64,000 bases of DNA from the NCBI GenBank assembly GCA_048498795.1, contig JBEHXH010000013.1, forward strand, positions 24,717 through 88,716. Reading direction: 5' to 3'. The notes beneath the pieces are model-generated. The model was not told the origin of the DNA, made no database searches, and saw nothing but the letters and a program-made list of their open reading frames with translations. Shown here one piece after another: positions 30,495-40,022 of this stretch; within the stretch, counting starts at the first letter, position 1; the number at the start of each line of letters is the position of its first letter. A program made the translations under genes and the position numbers. Origin of the DNA: Verrucomicrobiota bacterium (GTDB lineage: Bacteria > Verrucomicrobiota > Verrucomicrobiia > Opitutales > Opitutaceae).

Positions 30495-30578
30495 TTAGAA
30501 TTTCTCCGGACGGAGGACGGCCACGACGAGGTAGGCGAGGCAGGCGAGTGCGATAAGCGAGATGATGGCGGTTTCCAT
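30495..30578 (-). CDS. kdpF: KdpF, 27-aa single-TM peptide
   Basis: METAIISLIALACLAYLVVAVLRPEKF; compare E. coli KdpF MSAGVITGVLLVFLLLGYLVYALINAEAF. Its stop abuts the kdpA start (TAA immediately before the kdpA ATG). Not in the supplied ORF track (<60 aa). Confidence 0.7.
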   Translation of the reverse strand: METAIISLIALACLAYLVVAVLRPEKF

Positions 30579-30590
30579 GGCGGGCGGTGG

Positions 30591-30680
30591 TCAGCGGAGA
30601 CGTTCGCAGGCTGCGGCGTAGGCGGCGCTGAGCGCGAAAAACGCGAGCGTGAACAGGATCAGGCCGAGATCGGAATTCAT
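30591..30680 (-). CDS. second KdpF-like hydrophobic peptide (29 aa) immediately upstream of kdpF
   Basis: MNSDLGLILFTLAFFALSAAYAAACERLR is a single predicted TM helix with a central Tyr, 12 nt upstream of kdpF on the same strand and downstream of a KdpE-box-like direct repeat. Confidence 0.35.
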   Translation of the reverse strand: MNSDLGLILFTLAFFALSAAYAAACERLR

Positions 30681-30738
30681 GACGCGGCGAGTATCGCACG
30701 TCGCGGGCCCCGCGCCTAATCAAGCGGAGCCCGCGGAG

Positions 30739-30757
30739 CATCAAGAAAACATCAAGA
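30739..30757 (-). promoter_or_regulatory. candidate KdpE (OmpR-family) binding site: 8-bp direct repeat at 11-bp phase upstream of the kdp operon
   Basis: CATCAAGAaaaCATCAAGA (TCTTGATGtttTCTTGATG in operon orientation), ~60 nt upstream of the first small ORF of the kdp transcription unit. Confidence 0.4.
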
Positions 30758-30762
30758 CGCTC

Positions 30763-30954
30763 TCAGCGCGACAGGTAGAGCAGCGGCAGCGCGATCAACG
30801 GATATGCGAGCACGCTGGCGGTGGAGCCGAGGGAATTGGCGGAAATCTTGGGCACGGAGAACGTCACCTCGGAATCGAGGGCGAGTTCGACGGCGGTGAG
30901 TGCGGCGATGACGAGAACGGCCGCGAGGGCGAAGCGAAGAGTGGTGGAGCGCAT
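30763..30954 (-). CDS. possible small membrane protein (63 aa, two hydrophobic segments)
   Basis: ORF between the flotillin gene and the kdp promoter region. No homology recognised; it may be non-coding. Confidence 0.2.
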   Translation of the reverse strand: MRSTTLRFALAAVLVIAALTAVELALDSEVTFSVPKISANSLGSTASVLAYPLIALPLLYLSR

Positions 30955-31010
30955 GGGGTAGGGTGCAGGCGGGCGCGGCCGATAGAGGCCGCGCCCGCGT
31001 TGCGGATTAT

Positions 31011-32945
31011 TTAGGCAGCGCGCTTTTCGGTTTTCTCGCGCGTGACGAGCGCGAGCATGGAGTCGAGCAGGCCGTTGGTGCCCTGCGCGCCGGTGACGGA
31101 GACGTCGGGGACGATGCGCATGTTTTTCTCGGCGAGCGTCTGCGTGAGCTGCATCACCGTGTAGTTGGCGCCGCCGAGCGCATCGACGCCGGCGCGGTAG
31201 GCCTCCGCTTTTGCGGTGCCGGTGGCGCGGATGGCCTCGGCGTCACCGAGCGCGCGGAGCTTGGTGGACTCGGCCTCGCCGCTCGCGTGCTTGATGGCGG
31301 ACTGCGCGTGGAGATCGGCAATGCGCACGCCCTGATCGGCGTCGACCATCTGCTGCTGGATGTTGGCGAGCGCGGTGGCTTTCACGAGCTCCTGACGCTG
31401 ACGCTGCGCGGCCTCCTGGATCTCGTAGGTTTTCTTTTCCTCCTCCGCGATCTTGCGGTCGGTCTGCGTCTTCATGAGGTCGACCGGCGGCGTGATGTCG
31501 CCGATGAGCGTGTCGATCGCCTGCACATCGTACGCGGCGAGCGCGATACGGATGTGCGCGGCGGCCTCGCTCTGGCGCGCGCTGCGGGCATTGAGGAAGT
31601 CGAGCACGGTGTGGTGCTGCGCCGAGTTGCGGAAATAATTTCCAACGATCGGCTGCAACGCGTGGTCGACGAGGTTCTGCATCGAACCGAGTCGCGAGAT
31701 GACTTTGGGCGCATCGAGCGCGCCGACGTGGATAATCTGCGCGACATCGAGGTTGAACGCGAAACCATCCTTCGAGCGCACGGTGATCGAGCTGAGCTTC
31801 TCGTCGAAGTGGTGCGCCTCGGTGCGATTGGCCCAGTTGAGCACGATGTTCGTCGTGGGCACGAGCTCGACGCGCATGACGCGGGTGTTGACCGGGTGCT
31901 TGCCCGGATAGAGCGGCGTGACCCACACGCCCTTGTGGCCGACGTGGACGAGGTCGCCGTGTTTGAACTCCGCGCCGCTCACGTCCTCGTGGGCGAGGCC
32001 GACGAAGGAAATGACCACGCCGACGGAGCCGATGGGGATGCTGAGCATCGGCACCTGCTCGACCTCGGCGAACCACGGATTGAGATTCCACGAGCCGGAC
32101 AACAGCACCTGCTCCTGCAAGCCGCGACGGCCGCGGCCATCGAGAAACGCCTGCGCGTTTTGGAAGTTATCGTGGCCGGCGATGATCGGGCCGGCGATCT
32201 CGCCCGCCTCGATGGGCTGGCCGTCGAGCGTGGTGACGATGCCGACCTGGTCGGGCTTGATCTGCGTGAGCGAGAGTTCGCTCGGGGAGATGTTGTGCTG
32301 CGCAGCGTTGGCGGCGGTGATGATCTCGAAGAGCGCGCCATTGATGCGGTACGTGCCCGCGGTGAGAATTGCGAGCTGGCGGCCCTTCTCGCCGCCACCG
32401 GTGAGGAAGCGGCGCGCGTCCTGGAAGTTATCGCAATCGATCACGCGGCCGAGGATGCGGCCCGCGGGCATCGGCACGCCGGAGGCGGCAACGACGAGAG
32501 CGATTTCACCCGGAGCCACGTCGACGACGGGCATCTTCAACACGCGGAACTGCCAGAAGAAATAGCCGAAGTGCACGCCCGGCGGGAGCGTGTCGGCCTG
32601 ATAGCCGGCCTCGCCGTCGAGCGCGACCAGCTGGCCAGCGGGCAGGGAGCGACGCGAAAATTTCTTCACGAGTACGCCGACCTGATTCTCGCGGATGACG
32701 GCGACACCGAGCAGCAACGGCGCGAAAATCGCACCGAAGCTGAGCAGCGCGCCCCGCTCGTACCAACTCTCGGCCATGCCGAGCGCAGTGCCGGCGAGGA
32801 TCAAGGCGCCCGCAGCGAGCGCGAGACGTTGCGAGGCGCCGCGCTGCTTGAGCGCATAGCCTTTGAGTATGAGAGCGGCGGCAATGAGGAACAGGTGCGC
32901 GAGCAGGCTCGCGGCACCGAGGACAAGTTGAACGGGGATGTTCAT
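31011..32945 (-). CDS. flotillin-like SPFH/Band-7 domain protein (YqiK-type)
   Basis: N-terminal TM helices, an SPFH-like region, and a C-terminal Ala/Glu/Gln-rich coiled-coil (EEEKKTYEIQEAAQRQRQELVKATALANIQQQ...). The start is placed at MNIPVQL; the longer ORF starts at 32990. Confidence 0.6.
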   Translation of the reverse strand: MNIPVQLVLGAASLLAHLFLIAAALILKGYALKQRGASQRLALAAGALILAGTALGMAESWYERGALLSFGAIFAPLLLGVAVIRENQVGVLVKKFSRRSLPAGQLVALDGEAGYQADTLPPGVHFGYFFWQFRVLKMPVVDVAPGEIALVVAASGVPMPAGRILGRVIDCDNFQDARRFLTGGGEKGRQLAILTAGTYRINGALFEIITAANAAQHNISPSELSLTQIKPDQVGIVTTLDGQPIEAGEIAGPIIAGHDNFQNAQAFLDGRGRRGLQEQVLLSGSWNLNPWFAEVEQVPMLSIPIGSVGVVISFVGLAHEDVSGAEFKHGDLVHVGHKGVWVTPLYPGKHPVNTRVMRVELVPTTNIVLNWANRTEAHHFDEKLSSITVRSKDGFAFNLDVAQIIHVGALDAPKVISRLGSMQNLVDHALQPIVGNYFRNSAQHHTVLDFLNARSARQSEAAAHIRIALAAYDVQAIDTLIGDITPPVDLMKTQTDRKIAEEEKKTYEIQEAAQRQRQELVKATALANIQQQMVDADQGVRIADLHAQSAIKHASGEAESTKLRALGDAEAIRATGTAKAEAYRAGVDALGGANYTVMQLTQTLAEKNMRIVPDVSVTGAQGTNGLLDSMLALVTREKTEKRAA

Positions 32946-33348
32946 GACACGGGCGACGGAATGCGCCGACAGCCCGCAGGGTTTCCCCATGCAGGCACGA
33001 CGGTGCGGTGACAGTGGAGCGACCGTGGAGACATCCGCCCAAGCGGAGCCCTAGTGGATCACCCTTCCAGTGGCCGACGAGGTTAGCTGACGGGCTAGGT
33101 GCCAGGAAGTCACCCGGGCTACACTCGCGTGCGGCCCTGCGCCCCGTCCGTCGCGCGAGAGTCGCGTGGCGGAAATTGGGTCCCCCGTGCTGTCCACCGA
33201 GGAAGCGGTGGCAGCTTAGGCGTGCGAATCCAAAGAACGGGGCAGAGCATGAGCCCTCCGCACCGACGAGCAAGGGTCGCGATACCCTAGGCTGCGTAAT
33301 TACCTATTAATCAGGCTAATCCGAAAAACATGTGATTAAGCGACTGGA

Positions 33349-34869
33349 TCAGTACTCGCGCATCATGATGAACTCCGCATCGGGCAAAGGCTGCGCGAGG
33401 TCGGCGATCGCGACGGCGAAAAGCATCCGACGCTGCGGCGGCGAGAGGCCCGGCTCGAGGACGGCGGAATAGTAGTCTTTATAGATTACCTCGTCGCGGC
33501 CGAGCTGATCGAAGGCACTTTGGGCTTCCAGATATTGACGCAGGAGTTTGTTCGCTGCGTAGGGCTGGCCGGTGTCCGGATCGGTGATGGTAGCGGCCAC
33601 GGAAGCGAGGTCGTTGCCGAGGGCGGAGATCTTTTCGCGGATGGCGCGGAGCTTGGCTTGCTCGGCCTGGATGAGCTCGCGTACTTTTGCGATTCTGGCC
33701 TCGGCGCGGGCACGCATGGCTTCGGGTGTTGGGTTGATGCCCAGTGATGGCAGGCTGGGTTCGTCACTTTCGATCCGAATTTGCCGCGGACGATGACGGT
33801 AGAAATCCATCAGCTCTTGCCGTGAATCGAGGATGCGCTGCTTCAAGTCGGGAGGCAAATGCGCGGGCACGGTGATGACGGGCTTGGGAATGGCGGCGAG
33901 ACCGCGGCGAATTTCCTCGGCGCGTTTTTCGAGATCGGAGAGACGCGGCCACTGGCGCTCGGCGAGGGCGGTGGCCTTGCGCGCGCGAGCGCGATTGGAG
34001 TCGGTCTTCGTGTCGGCGACGAATTGACGGAGTTCGTTTTTCAGCTGCTCTTTGTCGTGCAGAAATGCGGTGATCCGCTCGTTGAGTACCTGATCGAGCG
34101 AGTCGGGCAGGGTGATGCGTGAATTGGCCGGGTAGAAATAGATTTGGCGGAAATTGGGGGCGGGACCGCGGATGGCGCCGAGCCGCCTCGTGGGGCTGGC
34201 GCGCTCGTCCTCGGCGGCGATTTCCGTGAGCAAGTCGCGCTGCTCGATCGACAGGCCATCTTGCAGAAAGCAGATACAGCGCATCTGACGGCGAGCGGCG
34301 ACGCCGAGCGCGATGCTGCTCGGAACGCCCGGCGGGGCGATAGAGAACAAATTGCTCAACTCGAAATCGACGCTGTTGGAAAGATCGACGCGGAGCTTTT
34401 CGGCGGAGGATTCGAGGGCATTGACGGCGGCGGTCTGGGTTTGCGCGAAAGCGATCAGGCTTTTTTCACGAGCGGCGGAGTCGGCGGGGCTGAGTTCGGC
34501 GAGCTTGGTGCTCAGATCGCCGAGGAGTTGGAGACGGGTGGTGCGATAAGACTCGAGCGCTTCTTTGCGTTTTCGGTTGAGCTTGGAGTTGAGAGCGTAG
34601 CCCAAGCTGGGGTAGAAATATTGGCCAACCCAAGGCGCTAGTTCTTCCGGCGCAGTGAAGCGATGGCCTTGGGAAATTGTGAAGGACGACGAACTGCCTT
34701 CGTCCGTGTTTTCCCCGAACGCCGGCACCCCGGGAGGGAAGTAAAGACGCAGGGGTTCGAAGTGGCGCGGCTCATCCGACTGGGCCCAAAGGGCCGAAAT
34801 CGACCCGAGGACGATGTAACAAAGCGTCCCGACCAGCAAGCGGGTGCGCCACGATGGGGAAGTGCGCAT
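33349..34869 (-). CDS. secreted protein of unknown function, paralogue family B member (fourth, dispersed copy)
   Basis: Signal peptide (LLVGTLCYIVLGSISALWA). Shares the YFPPG.P region, Arg/Glu-rich helical repeats and the C-terminal motif LEPGLSPPQRRMLFAVAIADL with the tandem genes at 43603-48491. Divergent from the porin-pst operon. Confidence 0.6.
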   Translation of the reverse strand: MRTSPSWRTRLLVGTLCYIVLGSISALWAQSDEPRHFEPLRLYFPPGVPAFGENTDEGSSSSFTISQGHRFTAPEELAPWVGQYFYPSLGYALNSKLNRKRKEALESYRTTRLQLLGDLSTKLAELSPADSAAREKSLIAFAQTQTAAVNALESSAEKLRVDLSNSVDFELSNLFSIAPPGVPSSIALGVAARRQMRCICFLQDGLSIEQRDLLTEIAAEDERASPTRRLGAIRGPAPNFRQIYFYPANSRITLPDSLDQVLNERITAFLHDKEQLKNELRQFVADTKTDSNRARARKATALAERQWPRLSDLEKRAEEIRRGLAAIPKPVITVPAHLPPDLKQRILDSRQELMDFYRHRPRQIRIESDEPSLPSLGINPTPEAMRARAEARIAKVRELIQAEQAKLRAIREKISALGNDLASVAATITDPDTGQPYAANKLLRQYLEAQSAFDQLGRDEVIYKDYYSAVLEPGLSPPQRRMLFAVAIADLAQPLPDAEFIMMREY

Positions 34870-34945
34870 GGGGTATGATGATATGTTACGTAAGAAGCGC
34901 CGCCGACCGCGAACTTTTTTCCGGGCATAAAGTGGCTTTGCGCCT

Positions 34946-34974
34946 TTGTCACAGGCGCGTCACGCGGTCGTAAC
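34946..34974 (+). promoter_or_regulatory. Pho-box-like element: three 7-mers at 11-bp phase (TTGTCAC aggc GCGTCAC gcgg TCGTAAC)
   Basis: Located 57-85 nt upstream of the porin start (35031), in the shared divergent promoter region with 33349-34869. The architecture matches PhoB boxes (7-bp direct repeats separated by 4 bp). Confidence 0.45.
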
Positions 34975-35030
34975 AATTGGGCTCTACAAATAGGGCGTTC
35001 ATTCCACGCCAAACGAACCAAAACCACGCA

Positions 35031-36374
35031 CCTATGCTCCTCAAAAAATCCCTCTGGCTCGCGCTGCTCGGCGGCTCGCTCCTGACTGCCGGCACCGCGC
35101 TGGCGCAAGACAGCGGCCCGCTGCTGAACCTGCTCGTCAAGAAAGGCCTCGTTTCCGATCAGGAAGCGGAAAACCTTCGCGCCGAGCTCGTGAAGGATTT
35201 CACGGCCAACACGTCCGCCGGCAAGCTGAACCTCAGCTCCTCGATCGCTGACTTCAAGCTCTCGGGCGACATGCGCATCCGCGAACAGTACGAGACGCAG
35301 GCTCCCGAGGTGAACCCGACGAACATCACCAACGAGCGCTTCCGCAATCGTATCCGCTTTCGTTTCAACGGTGACGTGACCCTCCAGAAGGGCTGGTCCG
35401 CCGGCTTCGCTCTCGAGACCGGCCAGGCGGCCGACTCGGGCAACCAGACGCTCGGTGACGGTGCCGACGACTACGCGATCTTCCTCGCCCGTGCTTATGT
35501 TGGCTGGAAGCCGAATCTGAACTGGTCCTTCGTGGCCGGCAAACAGAAGAATCTTCTCTACACGACCGATCTCGTCTGGGACGCCGACATCAATCCGCAG
35601 GGCTTCTCCGAGAACTACACCTACTTCCTCGGCGGCAAGGACACCTTCGAGGTGCGCGCCGGCCAGTGGATCATGGACGACCGCCCGGAGAGCACCCCCG
35701 GACCCGCGGGCCGTGACGCTTGGCTCTTCGCCCAGCAGTTCGTGTACACCGGCTACTTCGGCCACGACTCCATCGGCAACCAGCTGAACAGCTTTATCCT
35801 CGCCCCCGGCTTCATGAAGTACAATGGCTCGACCATCGACTTCGCCGCGGCGGCCAACGTCCTCTCCGGCGGCGGTGAGGCGGCCTTCACGGGCACGACC
35901 CGCTACCTGACGACCTTCGTTTTCCCCGGTGAAATCAACTGGGTCGGCATCAACGGCGAAGGCACCGCGTTCAAGTTCTACTGGGACTACGCACACAACC
36001 TGGAAGCCAGCGACCGCGTCTACGGCGTGTACGGTGTCTCCCGCGCTTTCAGTAAGGGTGCTGACGCCTGGCTCGGTGGTATCGGCTACAGCTTCGGTAC
36101 CGGCAAGGTGCAGGGCGACTACAGCCTCAAGCTCGACTATCGCAGCGTCGGCATCGGTGCGCTCGATCCCAACATCAACGACTCCGACTTCGCCTTCAGC
36201 TTCCTGAATCAGGAAGGCTGGAAAGCCGCGCTGTCGTACAACGTGACGGACTTCACCAACTTCAACCTCACCTACTTCCACACGAAGCACAAGCAGGCTG
36301 GCCTCAATCAGGCCACCCTCGCGGCCCGCGATCACACGCAGCTCCTGCAGGTCGATCTGGTCGTGAAGTTCTAA
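35031..36374 (+). CDS. outer-membrane porin, phosphate-selective OprO/OprP-like (by context)
   Basis: Signal peptide MLLKKSLWLALLGGSLLTAGTALA, an alternating amphipathic beta-strand pattern, and a C-terminal ...LQVDLVVKF (terminal Phe). Sits directly upstream of pstS. The longer ORF starts at 34977. Confidence 0.6.
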   Translation, partial: PMLLKKSLWLALLGGSLLTAGTALAQDSGPLLNLLVKKGLVSDQEAENLRAELVKDFTANTSAGKLNLSSSIADFKLSGDMRIREQYETQAPEVNPTNITNERFRNRIRFRFNGDVTLQKGWSAGFALETGQAADSGNQTLGDGADDYAIFLARAYVGWKPNLNWSFVAGKQKNLLYTTDLVWDADINPQGFSENYTYFLGGKDTFEVRAGQWIMDDRPESTPGPAGRDAWLFAQQFVYTGYFGHDSIGNQLNSFILAPGFMKYNGSTIDFAAAANVLSGGGEAAFTGTTRYLTTFVFPGEINWVGINGEGTAFKFYWDYAHNLEASDRVYGVYGVSRAFSKGADAWLGGIGYSFGTGKVQGDYSLKLDYRSVGIGALDPNINDSDFAFSFLNQEGWKAALSYNVTDFTNFNLTYFHTKHKQAGLNQATLAARDHTQLLQVDLVVKF

Positions 36375-36405
36375 CCTCGGTCCTTAATCCGAAAGCTCAT
36401 CCAAC

Positions 36406-37230
36406 ATGAAAAAATTCCTCCTCATCGCCTCCGCGCTCGCCGCCGTTTCCGTGGCGAACGCCCAGAAGCTCGTGATCAAGGGCTCCGACACCCTCGGTGC
36501 CAAGCTCGTCCCGACCCTCAAGGAAGCCTACGTCGCGAAGAACCCCGGCGTCTCGTTTGAGATCGCCGCTGAAGGTTCGACGACCGGCATCACCGCCATC
36601 ATCGACAGCACCGCGCAGATCGGCATGTCCTCCCGCCGCGCCAAGCCCACGGAAATGTCCGCGGCTGGTGCCAAGGGCGTTGTCCTCACCCCGACCATCG
36701 TCGCTTTCGACGGCATCGGCGTGATCGTCAACGAGGGCAATCCCGTCAAGAACCTCACCAAGCGCCAGGTCGAGCAGATCTTCGCCGGTGAAGTCACCGA
36801 CTGGTCCGCGGTCGGCGGCACTCCGGGCAAGATCTCGGTCTATACCCGCAACACCTCCTCCGGCACCTACGCCGATTTCAAGGAGCTCGCGATGAACAAG
36901 AAGGATTACGCTTCTTCGTCGCAGAAGATGGCGGGCAACGAGCAAATCGCCGCTGAAGTGGGCAAGAACGCGGCTGGCATCGGCTATGTCGGCCTCGCCT
37001 ACCTCAATGCGCCGGGCACTCGCACTGTCTCGATCGGCGACGGCAAGGATTCCGTGGTCCCGAACAAGGAGACTGTCCTCAGCCACAAGTATCCGTACGC
37101 CCGCCCCACGTTCTACTACACGAATGGCGAGCCTGCGGGTGAGGCGAAGAAGTTCATCGACTTCACGCAGAGCGACGAAGGCCACAAGATCATCGAGCAG
37201 GTCGGCTTCATCGTTCCTCCGCAGAGCTGA
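36406..37230 (+). CDS. pstS: phosphate ABC transporter substrate-binding protein PstS
   Basis: Signal peptide, then KGSDTLGAKLVPTLKEAY...IGMSSRRAKPTE...GIGYVGLAY typical of PstS family PBPs. Confidence 0.85.
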   Translation: MKKFLLIASALAAVSVANAQKLVIKGSDTLGAKLVPTLKEAYVAKNPGVSFEIAAEGSTTGITAIIDSTAQIGMSSRRAKPTEMSAAGAKGVVLTPTIVAFDGIGVIVNEGNPVKNLTKRQVEQIFAGEVTDWSAVGGTPGKISVYTRNTSSGTYADFKELAMNKKDYASSSQKMAGNEQIAAEVGKNAAGIGYVGLAYLNAPGTRTVSIGDGKDSVVPNKETVLSHKYPYARPTFYYTNGEPAGEAKKFIDFTQSDEGHKIIEQVGFIVPPQS

Positions 37231-37339
37231 CCTCTTGGTCATTTCCTGTTCATTCCCAAGCCCGCTGGACCGAAACGCCGGCGGGCTTTTGTTTCCTCTC
37301 TCGTTTTTCCTTTCCCGCTTTTACTAGACTCACTGGCCC

Positions 37340-38941
37340 ATGGACTCCACGCCGCCTGACGCGCCGAAGAACTTCCTCGCGAACAAGGCCAAATTCAAGC
37401 TGTTCGGCCTCAACTCCGACGACTTCATCCGGATATTTTTTGGCGGGAATGCCTTCATCTCGGTGGTCGTGCTCGTGCTGATCACGATCTTCCTTTTCCG
37501 CGAGGGCAGTGGATTCCTCGGCCAAAACGACCAGAACCTGCGCGTGTACCGCCAGGCCGGTCTGGAGTACGTCGACCTCATGCGTGCCGAGGTCAATGAC
37601 CATACGGCACTCAATCGTTATCTTTCCGACCTCCGTGTCCGAGCCTACCGTTACTACACGGAGCAAACCGACAACACCCCGGAGGCGGCCAACACCGCAC
37701 TCGCGCCGTTCGACGATTTTGCCGGCAAGTTCAGCGATACAATCAATCCGGTGCGTGGCGTTGTCTCCGACCTCACCGACGTAGCGACCGAGATCAAAAC
37801 CAAGTTTGCCGTCACCGAGGACAAGAAGATCGAGCGCCGCCAACTGCTCGCAGTAGGCAAGACGGTCGAGGCTGCGAAGGTGAAGATCGACGAAGTCGAT
37901 TTCGCCAAGGAGCTGAAGCCGCTGCGCGACGCGCAACCCGCTTTCAAAGCCGCCAATATCGAGCTCACGACCCAGCTCGGACAAGTGCTTGCAGCGGCCC
38001 CCGCGATGCCTTCGCCGGATCTGCAGGGCCGCATGGATCGTTTCAAGAGCCTCACGCGCGATTTCCTCGCGACGCTCCCCACCGTCGAGCACGATCTCGC
38101 CGCGTGGGATTACACGAAGCCGGTGCCTCGCTGGAAGGGCATCACGAGTTTTCTCTTCGGCCGCGAGTGGCTCACGGCGAGTTTCTGGCAGGACTGGTAC
38201 GGCATTGTTCCGCTGCTGGTTGGCTCGCTGATGGTCTCGATTCTCGCGCTGATCATCGCGGTGCCGCTTGGCGTCGGTGCGGCGATCTACGTCAATCAGA
38301 TCGCGTCGCCCGCAGAGCAAAAGCTCATCAAGCCCGCGATCGAGTTCATCTCCGCGTTTCCCTCGGTGGTACTTGGCTTCTTCGGCATCGCGGTGCTGGG
38401 TGAAACCCTGCGCGCGATTTCGCACGTCACATGGCTGAGCTGGGTGCCCGGGTTTCCCTTTAGCGAGCGACTCAACATTCTTACCGCGGGCTGCCTGCTC
38501 GCGCTGATCGCGGTCCCGACCATCTTCACGCTCGCGGAAGATGCGATCAACAACGTGCCGCGCGCTTTCAAGGAAGCGTCGTTCGCTCTCGGTGCGACGC
38601 GCCTGCAGACGATCATCAAGATCATCGTGCCCGCCTCGCTCTCCGGCATCATCTCCGCGGCACTGCTCGGACTCGGCCGCGTGATCGGTGAGACGATGGT
38701 GGTGCTCCTCTGCGCCGGCAACCGCATCGCGATCCCGGATTTCACCGCGGGTCTCGGTGTCTTCGTCCAGCCGGTGCACACGATGACCGGTATTATCGCG
38801 CAGGAAATGGGTGAGGTGCCGCTCGGCAGCATCCATTACCGGGCCCTCTTCATGGTGGGCCTCGTGCTCTTCTTCCTCTCGCTCGCCATCAACTACGTGG
38901 CGCAGCAGGTCGTCCGCCGCTACCGCATCTCCATCGGTTGA
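37340..38941 (+). CDS. pstC: phosphate ABC transporter permease PstC, long form with ~230-aa N-terminal TM + periplasmic extension
   Basis: The C-terminal ~300 aa are a canonical PstC core ([10 protein letters not shown]...[26 protein letters not shown] with the EAA loop). The N-terminal 230 aa (one TM then a hydrophilic domain) are additional. Confidence 0.85.
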   Translation: MDSTPPDAPKNFLANKAKFKLFGLNSDDFIRIFFGGNAFISVVVLVLITIFLFREGSGFLGQNDQNLRVYRQAGLEYVDLMRAEVNDHTALNRYLSDLRVRAYRYYTEQTDNTPEAANTALAPFDDFAGKFSDTINPVRGVVSDLTDVATEIKTKFAVTEDKKIERRQLLAVGKTVEAAKVKIDEVDFAKELKPLRDAQPAFKAANIELTTQLGQVLAAAPAMPSPDLQGRMDRFKSLTRDFLATLPTVEHDLAAWDYTKPVPRWKGITSFLFGREWLTASFWQDWYGIVPLLVGSLMVSILALIIAVPLGVGAAIYVNQIASPAEQKLIKPAIEFISAFPSVVLGFFGIAVLGETLRAISHVTWLSWVPGFPFSERLNILTAGCLLALIAVPTIFTLAEDAINNVPRAFKEASFALGATRLQTIIKIIVPASLSGIISAALLGLGRVIGETMVVLLCAGNRIAIPDFTAGLGVFVQPVHTMTGIIAQEMGEVPLGSIHYRALFMVGLVLFFLSLAINYVAQQVVRRYRISIG

Positions 38942-38945
38942 ACCC

Positions 38946-40022
38946 ATGAGCGCCGAATCCGCCACACTTCCTCCGCCCACCGTCGCACCGGAAAAGCACG
39001 AGTTCCAGACGCAGCCCAACGTGGCGCGGCGCTGGGAAGGTTTCACTTTCTGGTTCTTCCGCGGCTCCACCTATTTCGTGCTGCTGTGCGGCGCGGCGGT
39101 GTTTCTCAACATCGTTGGCAAGGGCTCGCGCACGATCTTCAAGGCCGAGGCACCATTCGTGAACGTCGCGTTCTTCACGCAGGCGCCCGAGTCGCTCTAC
39201 GTCTTCGAGTACCAAGGCAAGAAGGTCGAACTCGGCGACAAGGAGTATCGCGCCTTCCTCGTGCAGCATCCGGACGCAGCTTCGATCAAGGCCGAGAGCT
39301 ATGTGTACTCGGCGGGTGGCATCTTTCCCTGCATCGTCGGCACGATCCTGCTCGTTATCGGGTCGATGACCATCGCTCTCGTACTCGGCGTAGCGGCGGC
39401 GATCTATCTCAACGAGTATGCTCTGGACGGCCCGTTCATCCGCTTCGTGCGTCTCGCGATTCTTAATCTCGCCGGCGTGCCCTCGATCGTCTTCGGCCTC
39501 TTCGGCTTCGGCATGTTTGTGCTCTTCTTCAATTGGAACGTGTCGCTGCTCGCCGGCTGGTTCACCCTCGCGTTCATGGTGCTGCCGGTGATCATCACGG
39601 CCAGCGAAGAGTCGCTCAAGGCGGTGCCGAAAGGTTTCCGCGAAGCGTCCCTCGCACTCGGTGCGACCAAGTGGCAGACGATTCGCACCAATGTGCTGCC
39701 GTACGCGCTGCCCGGCATTCTGACCTCGTCGATTCTCGGCATCGCGCGCGTCGCCGGTGAGACCGCGCCGATCATGTTCACCGCCGCGTATGTGGTCCGC
39801 GACAAGTTGCCGTGGGACGTCGCGAAGTTCAGCGACTTCTTCTTCCAGGGCGTGATGGCACTCCCGTACCACATCTACGTCGTCAGCTCCAAGATCCCGC
39901 AAAACGAGTACACCGAGCGCGTGCAATACGGCACCGCCTTCGTGTTCCTGCTGATCGTGGCCATCATCGCCACCGCTTCGATCCTGCTTCGCAATAACCT
40001 TCGCAACCGCTACAAATGGTAA
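38946..40022 (+). CDS. pstA: phosphate ABC transporter permease PstA
   Basis: EAA-loop motif [26 protein letters not shown] and 6 TM helices. The start is placed at MSAESATL; the ORF-track start at 38811 overlaps pstC and is rejected. Confidence 0.85.
   Translation: MSAESATLPPPTVAPEKHEFQTQPNVARRWEGFTFWFFRGSTYFVLLCGAAVFLNIVGKGSRTIFKAEAPFVNVAFFTQAPESLYVFEYQGKKVELGDKEYRAFLVQHPDAASIKAESYVYSAGGIFPCIVGTILLVIGSMTIALVLGVAAAIYLNEYALDGPFIRFVRLAILNLAGVPSIVFGLFGFGMFVLFFNWNVSLLAGWFTLAFMVLPVIITASEESLKAVPKGFREASLALGATKWQTIRTNVLPYALPGILTSSILGIARVAGETAPIMFTAAYVVRDKLPWDVAKFSDFFFQGVMALPYHIYVVSSKIPQNEYTERVQYGTAFVFLLIVAIIATASILLRNNLRNRYKW

Noticed and set aside
26819-30719. Long plus-strand ORFs (26819-28294, 28698-30719 and others)
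   Set aside because: Antisense to kdpB and kdpA.
30963-33011. 682-aa plus-strand ORF
   Set aside because: Antisense to the flotillin-like gene.
33000-33300. Possible RNase P / SRP / tmRNA gene suggested by words like GGUGCCAGG and a GGAAG tetraloop hairpin
   Set aside because: On both strands the universally conserved RNase P P4 (AGGAAAGUCCGGGCUCC), the tmRNA 3' end and the SRP domain-IV consensus are absent. It is kept only as a structured-spacer observation.
34638-36335. 565-aa minus-strand ORF
   Set aside because: Antisense to the porin gene, whose signal peptide and C-terminal Phe are on the plus strand.
38811-40022. Long-start version of pstA (403 aa)
   Set aside because: The first 45 codons overlap the pstC 3' end and are Ser/Arg-rich. 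MSAESATL at 38946 gives a normal PstA N-terminus.
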